A stretch of DNA of 64,000 nucleotides, taken from NCBI GenBank assembly GCA_051362555.1, contig CM120641.1, positions 45,514,401-45,578,400 on the forward strand, given 5' to 3'. Shown here piece by piece: positions 14,617 to 26,429 of this stretch. Made by a program: the position numbers and the translations under genes. The DNA comes from Lingula anatina. Lineage: Eukaryota > Animalia > Brachiopoda. Each line of letters starts with the position of its first letter. Position 1 is the first letter of the stretch. The notes below the pieces were generated by a model. The model had not been told where the DNA came from and searched no databases. It was given only the letters and a program-made list of their open reading frames with translations.

Positions 14617-17600
14617 TTACTCCGCTGCTACATCTCCATTTTTGATATCTTCATCTTCTCCCGTGGATACGATCTCTCTAATAAATAAAAAAATTAATTA
14701 ATAATAACAAAAACTTGCTTTGGTATTTCACCTCTACTGAAGGTTATCTTTTACTACATCCTATTTTTGAATATGTTGCACTGGCGCTTCATTCCCAGGA
14801 GAAACAATATTCATCAACATTACTACCATTTAGTCAAGTATTACACCATCTTACATAATAACATATTTCCCAGTTCTTCACTGGTCCTTACACAAACAAA
14901 CTTACACAAACTGTCAAAGACGAAGTGTCACTTCACCAATTGCAATTACTGTAATTGACTCTGCAACAACAACTGCTTAATCCCTTTTTTCAAAGTGTTT
15001 CCAAAAGTAATCCTTTACCTTTCTAGCGAGTTCTCCTCGTCGTTCCTTTTCCTGGTTTTGCTGGGACTAGGCGACTTCCGCCACGATCTCTCACCAGATC
15101 TACAGACCAAAATAATATCAATATTTTAAATATCCCTATGTTTGATACTGTAGTTGTATCTTTTATCAATAACAATTTAAGTTAAAAAGAAAACCAAGCT
15201 TTGAATGAGTAAAAAATGAAGTATTTAATCACTACAAATTTGGTGCATCATTAAAATCAGTTGTATATATATATTCAGTGAAAAAGTCTAAATATAACTG
15301 CATTCCGTATTCGAGTTTATTACACAGAAGTGGCGATTTCATAACTTTGGTAAGTGTAGTAATGAGCCATTATCACACCACTGCAAAAATTCAGTCCGCA
15401 CCTTGACCTTTCCTTTCTAGATCTTGACCTTGACCTGGTTCTGGAGCGTCTGCCTCCACCTCTCCTGCTTCGTCTTGACCTTGACCTACTCCTGGAACGT
15501 CTGCGGTTATGTCTAGAGCGAGATCTGGACCTGGGAAAAGGAAAAAAAAAGAGTCCATTTCAAACTCTACTAGATACACCCTTTCACCCTTAATCCTAAA
15601 CTCACTACGTTTTCATGCTGTAAAGAATGCAAATTTAGAACAATAAAAGAGATGGGGGACAAAAAAAGAAGCTAACCATTTTCATACAAAAATATAAATA
15701 ATACAAATATGGAAAGCAATAAAACATTTTATGGAAACCCATTTTTCATCCTGGCTCAAGAGAGCGGAAACAGACCTTGAGCGTCTGGATCCAGAATCGT
15801 ATGAACGCGATCGCCGTCTTCTGGGTCTCTTCTGTCGCGAGGTTCTGGACCCTGATCTGGACCTTGATCGGGATTTTGAGCTATTGGAGTAAGACCTGAA
15901 AGATGAATAATTTCCGTGTCCTGGTTAGATAATTGCCCACTAGTCAAGCCCAACCGTAGCCACCATGCTTTTTCCTATAGTGTCCTTTTGGTAAAAAAAA
16001 ATATCTGAAAGTTATATAAGTCAACAAATTTCCAAGAGATGGTAAAAACGGAATAAAACAGCACGCAAAGACATGTCGTGTCTTCATGTTTATTTATCTT
16101 TTATGGAGTCATTTATTTTTTTTGTATTTCATACCTTCTCCGTCTACTTCCACTCCTGCTGCGACGGCGTCTATTCCTACTGCGACTTCGAGAACGGCTT
16201 CTCTTCCTCCTGCTCCGACTTCCACTACGGGATCTTTTGGCACGGCTCCTGCTTCGACTGCGACTGGGTTTCCTAGAAGCCTCTCTGCTGTGAGCCTCCA
16301 TCTCTCTTTCCTTTCTCCTGTCTTCTCGTTCCTTTTCACGCTTTTCTCTTCTTTCTGCAACACTTTTCTGTAAAACCAACAAACATGACACTTATTATCA
16401 GCTAGAGGCGCAGACATATTCCTGGCTATATACCACATGGTGCTTAGGGTGCATCAGTGGGATAATACCACGAAGAAATTATTTACGTTGAAATGGAAAT
16501 TCTATGTAAAAGTTACCAATGAAAAGGAGACTGACTGAAGAACTTAGCAATTAATGTGCAAAGACAAGGCATACCGTTACATGCACTCGAGGTGAAGAAG
16601 ATGTCGGCAGGGTATATTTATTATCAATTATTCATTTCAAAAACTGAAACTAAGACCCTTTCAAATTTTCTCCCATTTACTATAAATCAGCATTTACACA
16701 AGACTTAAAGGGCTTTTTATGTGTAAAGCTCCTAAAGAAGATTAAAATCCACAAAGTAATCTGGTGACAAAATTAGTGATATATTTACTTATGCAAATCT
16801 ACTTTCCATAATCTAAATACGACAACAGCATTAAGACAGAAAGAGAACCTTGAGGTCCTCCAGTTTGCTTCTGATCGTTATAAAACCCAGATGAAGTTTG
16901 CCACCGAAGTGATCGGCCAGACGTCTGTCGTTGTCATGGATACCCAAATACGCAGAACAGACTTCACACACGCGCAGCTTCTGTTGCTGATAACTGGATG
17001 CAGGCATGGAATTGCGATACTCTATCTGTAGAGAACAATGAAGATACACACATTTAATCTGTGATGTCCTTATCTATATCTGTACAGCAAATCATGCAAA
17101 ACGAGCACTAAATCACACTGTATGGTAACCAGGACTAGCATCAAACACATCAAAACATTACAACAACAATACAATAAGATGCCAATTTGAAAGAATAAAG
17201 CCCTCTACATTTATTAGTCTGAGAAAAATGGTATTTGAAGTTTTTTATTAGCTACTACTAAAAATTTCATGATAGATTGATAGCCCAAGGGTTTCAGTTT
17301 AATTTGTACAGTTAGTACTATGTAATTTTCTTTTTAGTAAGTCCATTACATATAATAAATTATAATATATCATTAAGGAGAAATCTTTACAAACCTCTGC
17401 CTGTTGTTTCTTTTTCTTGAGTTCTTCCATCTCCTCGAGAAGTTTCATGGACTCGTCCACCAGTCCCTGGGCCCCTAGCTCCTCAGACTTGGCCAGTTTA
17501 GTCCCCACTTCCTCTCCCAGCACATGGATTATCTCAGCCTGGAAATAATATGTGAAAGAAAATAGACAACAGTAGAATAGAAATATTATACGAAGTTCTT

Positions 17601-20600
17601 TGAAGAAAAGTTATTATTTAAAATATACAAATGATAAATTTACACACATTGAGAATTCCATAAGAAACTGGCACAATAAGACTTACAGTTGGGCTGTCCA
17701 ATACTGATCCATCTTGAGCAAAGGAAGACCACTTTTTTATCTTAATATTTGAACTAACTTTCCAACCAAAGTTCTTTTTAAAACAGGCCCCAGCTCTACT
17801 CTTCACAAGTGAAAGTTGTAAAAACTGAAAATCCTCAAAACATTGCTTGCACTTCCTCTATCATTTTGACTGTATTAAAATAAATAAATAAATTAATTTT
17901 TTAAAAATGATGACTGAAAATCTATTACTTAGTCCTGTTCTCACCTTAGAATTGGCCTCATCACTGAGCTCCTGTTGAGTTTCTTTGAGCCTCTTCTTGG
18001 CCTGCTCCGTCCTTCTGTCACAGTCTGCTATGAAACTGGACAGGTGTTCCATGGCCTGAAATAGGGAAATAATTGAAGATTTAAATATGCAAAACTGCTG
18101 ATGCACTCCATTTGCCAGTTTTCACTGGGAAAGTTATTTGCCATAACATCTTTAATCTGGCTGTCCTACCCATACACACCATAAAATATTTAGATGTAGC
18201 AAAAATTATCCCAACATCAAATGGCATATTATGTTTGTAATACAATGCACTCCATTTAAGTTAAAACCTGCAAGGCTTGGTTTGACTTAGTACTTAACAT
18301 CAAGTCACAAACACACTGGTGGGCGTGCGCACACATAGACTACTGATTTACTATCATTTCTCTTACATCAATGTCATAATAGTAATCTTTGTGCCTGGAC
18401 GCCTTTTCAAAGTCAGCTCTAAGTGCCAGATCATGAATCTTTGGACAGTCTCCCAAATCCATCCTCTGAAAAACAGCAACAACAATGAAATTAGAATACA
18501 AAGAAATTACTCCTTGCATATGCAGTTGTAGGTCTCAGGAACAACTTTTTCTCAGTATTTCAGAAAATAAAATTGAACTCTCAATTTCAAAACTTTGCTT
18601 AACCCGTTAAAAATATAAAAAGTCATGAATAACAGCATAATATAAAATTCTAGCACAAAGATGTACATAAACAAGCATCAAGCCATCAGCTCAAATATTT
18701 CCCAAATGAAAACTTTTTTGGGTTCAGAAAATTTCTTTTTGAAATATTTCCCTTAGTGTTAACTTCAATTTACAGTTAACAATTTAATTGTTTGGTTCTA
18801 ACAACAATCGCACTCAAAGGAGTTTAGTTATAAATTTTAAAAACTCACCGTACTGGCCAGGATGTCATGTGGACAGCAATTCATCAGAAAACTTTTGCAC
18901 ACGCGGGGGTCATCAAATGTCACTTTAAACTTGTTGTTTTCACCTGAAAATAGAAGAAAACAAGTTTGACTCTTGCTTTTTAATGAGACAAAGTATCAAA
19001 ACAGGACTTGCTATATAGACAAAGTAAGACTATACTTTAAATATTTGCTCTTTCTGTTGCCCAGACAACTCCCATTTTTGTTACAGGAAAAAAGGATTCA
19101 AAATTTAAAAAAAAAAGGGCATGTTCACAGTGGTAAAAGAGTGGGATCAAAAGTTAAAGTTATAACATCTGACCATATGATGTCAGGCTGGTCCATGCAA
19201 ATACAGTTTTGCAACATGATGGAAAGTGCACAGTGCCAAGGTGGATAAGTATGCCTGAGATTTCCACACACTTTTAACCTAAAAATTCTTTGCCTCACTG
19301 AAATGGGGCAAGCAGTACCAAACTTCGTGGAAAACTCTAGAAGCATGCAAACATTTTATTCCAATGTCCAAATCTTTCAAACTGGAGGTCACTAACTGAT
19401 TGACCCCATTTTTTCCAATTAATCGCAGATAACAAATATTGTTCTAAATGATAAAGTTTGATGACAAGAAAAAATTCAATAATTTACCACCTAAAACTGC
19501 ATGTTTTTATACTGACAAAGACTGGCATATCTCACATATATATCCATTCTTTTGATTGGTTTGATGGTTGCAATTTATACTCCAGCCCGACAGAGGAAAA
19601 TGTACAGATCTAAAGTCAGCAAAAACATACAGCTCTAGATTTATGAATGTGCTTTCTCTTGGTTGCACATTGCATTACTTGTCTAATAAGAAGACATGTT
19701 ATTTTAAACCCATTCCCAATAACAATAAAACATAATAATAACAGTCATTTCAAGAAGTTATACACACTGCGCCAGATACACACGGTTTCCTATGGCTTCT
19801 TTTTCAGGCAGGCACAGGGTCTTAAAAAACATGATTCTGCTCCATGATATCGCTGAAACAAATATTACCTACACAAAATCATTACCTACAAATTGCAGAA
19901 TAATCAAATACAGTTTGATGGAATATACTCAAATAACTATCTTATTACAACTACCAAATTAACCTTTTGCCTGAAATCTTACCAAATATTACCTTTAATT
20001 TTCTAATGTTTTTCTCAAATTCCCATCAAACTGAGTAATATTTATAATCTACGTTATTTATTGTAACCAGGTTTCCCAAGTTCTGAGCCTGATTATCTTC
20101 ACCAGCCTAGAAATTGTAGCAAAACTTCCACATCTTTCACAATGAGGAGACTGGAAAACTGTAAGCTTTTCTTTAAAATATCCATGACACTCTGTCTCTA
20201 AATATTGATAACTAAAATAACATAAAACTTTTTTTTTCATGAAATATATTTGAACTCACGGCTTGTGGACCCATGCCCCCTAGCTGTTATATCACCTGGG
20301 GTTACAGCTCATAACATAGTTCCCTTAAAAAATACGGGAGTGAAAGTCAGTTTACAAAAGCAGAGCACAGTCCACTTAACCAAATGCTGAAATAAATACT
20401 TAATTATAAGAAATACATGGCATTGATATGAACGTGAATACGCTAACACGCTCTCCGTTACTTAGGATATTCGTAAGGAATTTTAAGGCAAATGTACTTA
20501 AAATATAAAAATGTTGTTAGAAAGACACTTTTGTCAAAAGCATGGTAAATGATGGTTTACCAAAATTATTCAACGTAGTTATTTATCAACCCCCTCTTGG

Positions 20601-20775
20601 AAAAAAAATCGTAATTGGAAAACCCACCAGACAATAACTCAAAGAAAATAAAATGAAGAATTAAGTACTTATCCGGATTATGAATTATCTTAATCTCTAT
20701 GTCACGCAACTCACCATCTCTCCCGGTACCCATAAGCTGATCGAGCATATTCTTCATTTGCTCGTGAGCCGACAT
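14617..20775 (-). CDS. LUC7L2: LUC7-like U1 snRNP-associated splicing factor (LUC7L/LUC7L2 type), ~436 aa; exons 20715-20775, 18849-18943, 18367-18465, 17945-18055, 17395-17538, 16849-17025, 16135-16367, 15776-15895, 15402-15530, 15019-15099, 14617-14677
   Basis: MSAHEQMKNMLDQLMGTGRDG; ZnF1 (VCKSFLMNCCPHDILASTRMDLGDCPKIHD); FIADCDRRTE; ZnF2 (KLRVCEVCSAYLGIHDNDRRLADHFGGKLH); C-terminal RS domain. All phases are consistent. The last RS exons are less certain. The gene is probably a pro-ortholog of vertebrate LUC7L/LUC7L2. Confidence 0.93.
20260..20386 (-). other. Candidate poison (PTC) cassette exon in LUC7 intron 1
   Basis: Acceptor tatttatttcag|CA, donor GCC|gtgagt, 127 nt. Joined to exon 1 it reads GCA TTT GGT TAA. 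Confidence 0.55.
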
Positions 20776-20821
20776 TTTTATGGTTTCGTGCACAAAGCTC
20801 AACCATACGTGCACGAAAAAG

Positions 20822-20831
20822 CAAATGGCGG
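20822..20831. promoter_or_regulatory. YY1-like motif (caaatggcgg) in the LUC7 5' region
   Basis: Match to the AAATGGCGG core ~50 bp upstream of the LUC7 ATG. Confidence 0.45.
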
Positions 20832-21886
20832 TGAATCATGTGGCCTCATTGTGAAATCAGAGCAAGGTTAAGGACGATTGCAGTAGAGGAGACTGAGAGG
20901 CAGGAGGCATTCTGCGTAAATCCTAGGTTAGGCCTATCAGGGAATTATACCGATATAATTCCCTGGGCCTATATAGGGCCTACCTAGTGTGAAGAGAATT
21001 TCGTGAATATTTAACTTAGATTTATGCTTTTAAAAATAATGAAGTGTAATAAATTGATATGGATGATTCATTACCTTCAGACACACATCCCTTCCACAGT
21101 ATTTAACTCCTACGGGCCACGGTAGAAAGAAATAAATAGACCAATGAATGAGTGACGCGTGAAATTTTGTTATTGCTTTTTAGGTGTGCTACTCTTATAA
21201 TATCAATATATACCAATATGTATTTAAATCAAATAACAACCATATTTCAACTTATAATTGTGAGGGTATTTGATGCATGTTTTGGGAAGAAATATGCGAA
21301 TAAAACTATTTCTCGTCTTAGCGCCGGTTTTTTTCTCACACAGGTAAAGGGGATTAGGTTAATACTAGCACATGTATAGCACATACATAATCAGGAAATC
21401 AGGATGAAATTGATTAATGAAATGATATACTTTAGGGAAAATAACAAAATGAAAATAAAATAAAAAGACAATATGCACTGTAGAACAGATAGGACCGATC
21501 AAGGTGGTGAAGAACGGAAGGGCGGCGCGAGAAAGGGTCGGGCGTAACAAAAATACTTAAGCGGTGAGTCCAAATAAAAGATGTTTTTTTTTTTCATTTG
21601 AAAATAACTTTGTTGAAGAGATTTTAAAATCTATTTTCATAACCTTGTGATAATCTTAATAATTGGCACAGTGCACAAAAGTAGGGTTAAGTGTTTAAAC
21701 TTTCGCAGTAATGTCTAAACAAAGTTCAATCAAGCACAAAAAAATGGCTGCAATCATTTAATCAAAACGTGCCTAAAATTTCGAGGAATTTTTTATTTCG
21801 CAAACACTATCGTTTCTGCTTCATGTGTAACATTTGCATAATCAAGATGTTGCTTTTGCCCTTCATTGCTTCCTTTAGTAATAAAA

Positions 21887-23482
21887 TCATGCCTTTTTGT
21901 ATTTTTTGCCATAGAATACAAATTTAAGTACTTTCCAAACAATAACTAAAGGCAAAACGCAAGCTAAATAATACAAACAACTCACTACAGTTTTGTATGC
22001 AATGACATCCATTAGATAATACTGATACCAGTTCAGACTGTAAGCAGCCTGAGAGTGAAAGTGAAGAGTTCCATTGTGTCGTATAACATACTTAATCCAA
22101 TACAACAGTTCCTCCTGTCCCGACATTGGGGTGTCTTGTAGAAGTTTGGACATCTTAACCGCGTTCTCTTTATACGATTTGTCGTTTAGGACCTTGAGAA
22201 TAGTGCTTTCTAATTCTTCTTCATTCAGGGTGCCAAAGTTTATAATTTCACCCATTTTCGCACGCTCCTTCAATTTCCTTGCGTGATGGTGTTGATCCCA
22301 AAGAAGTGGAATTGCAACCACGGGAACTGCATGGTACAGCGTCTCCCATGTGCTGCTTACTCCACAGTGGGTGATGAACAGTTTGGTGTTAGGATGGGCA
22401 AGAAGATCATTCTGTGGCAGCCATTCTACCAGGTGTGTGTTGCTTCCCAGAGACTTAGGAGGAACACCTTGGTAACGCCAGAAAACAGTCTGTGAGAGCT
22501 TGGAAAATACTTTGGCCAAAATCTCTGCTTTGTGAACATCGAACGTCGGCACGAGTGTTCCAAAACTCATCACAATAACTCCGTTAGTGGCAGCAGATAC
22601 AATATTCTCAAAGTCTTTTGATAACGGCTTAGGCGGTGTCCACAGAAGTCCAGATATAGGTATTACGTGCGGCATGACAGGTCGCGGGTAGTCAAACGCA
22701 AAGTTGACGTTGGCTGCAATCATTAGAGACACTCGTTCATACGAGTGCTTTGCATGTGGCCAGTCGTTGTTTGGAAGATGCTTTGCTTTCATTTTTTCAA
22801 TATGATCTATTCTATCGCTGCCCCATTGTTCCATATCAAGCATCATATCGGTATTTTGCACTCTTTCCCAAAATGTCATGTTATCGGAGAAGTCACTGAG
22901 CATGTATGGCGTATAAGAATAAAATGTTGGCAGCTTAAATACGAACCAAACTTCGAAAAACCCAAAATTTGAATAAGCAATGGAAGGAATGCGAAGATAT
23001 TCATTCAAAATAGGACCTGAGCCAACATTGCCAAAGTCAAAGAACAACAGATCAAACTTTTCTTCTTTCAGTCTATTCAAGATGTCTTTGCTACCAAGAA
23101 GAACATCAGAGAGGGTGTAGTCTAAGTTATCCATTTCTCTAATGAATGGCAACGCATCTTTCTCGATGTAATGAAGTGATCTATTCAGGTCCAATTCTCC
23201 CCCCTTATTGATTTGTAGTTCAGGCATTTTGTACCTGATCAAGTTGACGCCATCTATATTCCTTTTAGGTGCATAGTGGTGAGAGACCAACATGGTGACG
23301 TGGAAGTCGTGTTCCGTCAGCATGACAGCGATCTTCTCCAAATTCATGGTTCTCGAATTGTAAAAATTTGAAAAAGGAAATATCAATATCTTCTTTTTAC
23401 CAGCGCCGCTGCATGTTCGAGGCACATTCACTAGTAGAAAAACAAACCAAAGAACTGCAAAGCCAGCCCAGGAGAAAGACAT
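21887..23482 (-). CDS. UDP-glycosyltransferase (GT1, ER membrane type), copy A, 531 aa, intronless
   Basis: Signal peptide from ATG 23482; signature WLPQNDLLAHPNTKLFITHCGVSSTWETLYHAVPVVAIPLLWDQ; NMTFWERVQN; C-terminal TM and KYKKA tail. Confidence 0.93.
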   Translation of the reverse strand: MSFSWAGFAVLWFVFLLVNVPRTCSGAGKKKILIFPFSNFYNSRTMNLEKIAVMLTEHDFHVTMLVSHHYAPKRNIDGVNLIRYKMPELQINKGGELDLNRSLHYIEKDALPFIREMDNLDYTLSDVLLGSKDILNRLKEEKFDLLFFDFGNVGSGPILNEYLRIPSIAYSNFGFFEVWFVFKLPTFYSYTPYMLSDFSDNMTFWERVQNTDMMLDMEQWGSDRIDHIEKMKAKHLPNNDWPHAKHSYERVSLMIAANVNFAFDYPRPVMPHVIPISGLLWTPPKPLSKDFENIVSAATNGVIVMSFGTLVPTFDVHKAEILAKVFSKLSQTVFWRYQGVPPKSLGSNTHLVEWLPQNDLLAHPNTKLFITHCGVSSTWETLYHAVPVVAIPLLWDQHHHARKLKERAKMGEIINFGTLNEEELESTILKVLNDKSYKENAVKMSKLLQDTPMSGQEELLYWIKYVIRHNGTLHFHSQAAYSLNWYQYYLMDVIAYKTVVSCLYYLACVLPLVIVWKVLKFVFYGKKYKKA

Positions 23483-23898
23483 TTTAAAAAATTTACAGCC
23501 ACAATTGCCTCCTCGAAACCGTGAAGTGGTTTCATTGCATGTCCCACTTACAGCGTGTAAGGTCAATCACCGATAAAGATAAGGTTTGCATGAGGCACTT
23601 GAAACTCTCTCATGTACACGTGAGTGACAGATGGCACAAGGCAACTGTTAACATGCAAAAGCAAGACAAACTGCATTTATTGGACATTTCTTTTCAAAAA
23701 TTCACTAGCCTTTATTTCATTAACTTGTCTTTTAATTTATGGTGGTTATGCGCAGTTAAATAAATGTATTTTGTTGCACGAACCTTTCTCTGCTAATATG
23801 CTCAGCTGGGTCATTCCCAGCAAACACAGCACGTCATTATAATGTTACCATAACTTTTACATAACCAAAAAACGTTATAAACCTTCTGTGTTTGCCGG

Positions 23899-24261
23899 TG
23901 TACCATGGAAACCTGACTCCACCAAAATGTGACTCCCCAGTCAAATCTTCGTAATGAAAATGTGACTCCCCCCATGAATTTTGACTCCCCCCACAAAACT
24001 TACTAAATCTCACTTTATTTGAGTATATGGCTTTTACATTGTAGTATGCATAATGGAGGATACATTGGCGTTTTTTGTTAGTTTACAGGTGAAAATTCTC
24101 ATGAGATTTTACCACCTAATGACTCCCCTATGAAAAAGGTATTTATTTGATATTTGGTGATCATTTCAAGATCTTTCCTTTAAGTATACTATAACAAGAA
24201 TATATTGGAAATATCTGAAAGTTTGGTAGTAAAATATTGGGCGCAAAAAATGAAAAAAAAT
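23899..24261. mobile_element. Transposon remnant replacing the promoter and 5' end of UGT copy B
   Basis: Tandem tgactcccc motifs. Breaks the homology with 32530ff and joins abruptly to UGT coding sequence at ~24262. Confidence 0.5.
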
Positions 24262-25136
24262 CCTCACCACTATGCACCTAAAAGGAATATAGATGGCGTC
24301 AACCTAATCAGGTACAAAATGCCTGAACTACAAATCAACAAAGGAGGAGAATTGGACCTGAATAGATCACTTCATTACATCGAGAAAGATGTGATGCCAT
24401 TTATGAGGCAAGTAGATGAGATGGACTTTACACTTTGCGAGGTTCTTTTAAGTAGCAGCAACCTTTTGGACAGGCTAAGAGACGGAAAGTTTGATCTGTT
24501 ATTCTTTGACTTTGGCAACGTTGGCTCAGGTCCAATTATAAATGAATACCTTGGCATTTCATCCATTTCGTATTCTAATTATGGGTTTATGGAAACTTGG
24601 ACTATATTCAAACAATCGACGTTTTATTCTTTTACGCCAGGTGTTTTCAGCCCCTTTTCAGATAATATGACATTTTGGGAAAGAGTGCAAAATACAGACA
24701 TGCTTCTGGATATGGAAAAATGGGCCGGCGGTAGAATAGATCATATTGAAAAAATGAAGGCCAAGTACCTTCCAAACAACAACTGGCCACATGCTAAGCA
24801 CTCATATGAACGAGTGTCTCTAATGATTGCCGCCAATGTCAATTTTGCGTTTGACTACCCGAGACCTGTCATGCCGCACGTGATACCAATTTCTGGACTT
24901 CTTTGGACACCGCCTAAGCCGTTATCAAAAAGTATGTAATATGACACAATGGAACTCTTCACTTTCAGTCTCATGCTGCTTACAATCTGAACTGGTATCA
25001 GTATTATCTATTGGATGTCATTGCTTACAAAGCTGCAGCGAGATGTTTGCATTATTTCGTTTACCTTCTTCCAGTAGTAATTCTTTGGAAAGCAATTAAA
25101 GTTCTGTTCATTTGTGAAAAACCTTAACACGCCTGA
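24262..25136 (+). pseudogene. UGT pseudogene/fragment, copy B
   Basis: 5'-truncated (starts at HHYAPKR). A ~520-bp internal deletion at ~24930 jumps from PLSK to KYVI. In-frame TGA at ~24942 and TAA at 25125. Confidence 0.9.
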
Positions 25137-25815
25137 TTATTGCGCCCTTGAAAAGTAAAAGATTTAGAGGCCAAAACGTCATTTAAAGTGATGAATCATT
25201 TAGTCTGTACATCACTGTTAGCTCATTACCTGTATCAGAACGGGGCAGTTGAATTTGTTAGTTTCATTTGAGAGAGACTGAGCTAATAAATTATTAATAT
25301 AATTAGTAAATAGATTGAAAATGAAGAAGAATGAAGATGTTGATAATACGTTAGCAATTAAACATCGGTGGATTTTCATTTATTCATTTGTCGTGTCAGT
25401 TAGTGTACAGAATTTAAACATTTCTTAAAATGAAGCCAACGAAGACCAAGAAAATTACTAGAATAACCGAAGACATATTAGGCTAACTGTCAAATTTGAA
25501 CTGTTACATGATACCTCCACGCACCTCGGTCATTGCCATATAATTTTTGATATTTTTAACAAAAGTAGACCGATCAAGATAAAACTTTGACAAAAATTTT
25601 TTTGATCTGTATTCCGCCATTCCAAGGTGAGCAGCTGGTCGAGAACTGCAAATCAAGTAGACACCTTTCTATTCATTTTGCTATCTTTGCGATGACTCCA
25701 CATTTTAGTAGGTACAAGTTTGTGCCCTGGCGGAGTGATAAGTTTATTATAAAGTCATGAAACTATCTACCGATGTCAAGAACCATGTGCCCTTTAAAGA
25801 GGATGACACTTATAC

Positions 25816-25983
25816 CAGGGGCGGATTTAGGCCGTCTTCTGGGTCTTCTAGAAGACGGTCAGATTTTCAAGTTTACATTGACGGGTATCCAATTTTTTCT
25901 GACGGAAGACGGTCAACAATTGAGGATGGACCAACAAAGATAATTGGGAAGACTGTCAGAAAATATTTCTGGATCCGCCCCTG
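25816..25983. mobile_element. hAT-like MITE
   Basis: TIRs caggggcggat / atccgcccctg; 7-bp duplication cttatac. Empty paralogous sites (gacacttatacgatatg) at ~35181 and ~49255. Confidence 0.85.
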
Positions 25984-26009
25984 CTTATACGACATGCCAA
26001 GTTGCAGGC

Positions 26010-26379
26010 CTAAATTAAAATAATCGGGCCATCTCTTTGCGTATGTTTCAAGAAAATCTTTTGGAACCAATCCAGATATTTATCTGAATCAACGTAACCA
26101 GAGGGAGAGCAACCGTGCACGGAGTTCAGAGGACCTTGGAACAAAGTTTCGTCGGCAGGTAAGCAACCCTCAAAAATAATCATGGGCGGCAGCAGATCCC
26201 CCATTGCATCGTCACGTTCCAAAACTGGTCGGAAGTACTGATCGACCTGTCGTAAGGAAAACTCTTTCCTTTCGCAGCTACAATATTTGTACTTGCCTGA
26301 GACGGAAAATACGTTTCATCACAGTTATAGATGCAACCTGGTTTTCCTTCAAGATTATGCTTTACAAGCGTATCATTTA

Positions 26380-26429
<50 letters not shown>

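Noticed and set aside
16073-16438. Plus-strand Leu/Arg- and Thr/Ala-rich ORFs and a minus-strand Val/Glu/Gly ORF
   Set aside because: Shadow frames of the low-complexity LUC7 RS exon.
16575-16643. Possible additional PTC exon in LUC7 intron 6 (donor ACG|gtatgc)
   Set aside because: Acceptor context is weak (an AG just upstream, short pyrimidine tract); insufficient support.
20939-20964. Small hairpin agggaattata-ccga-tataattccct upstream of LUC7
   Set aside because: Too short to assign; probably a MITE footprint.
23483-23566. N-terminal extensions of UGT ORFs in the ORF track (also 32755, 41951, 46875, 50912)
   Set aside because: Mostly non-ATG or upstream starts. The conserved ATG directly before the signal peptide is the likely start.
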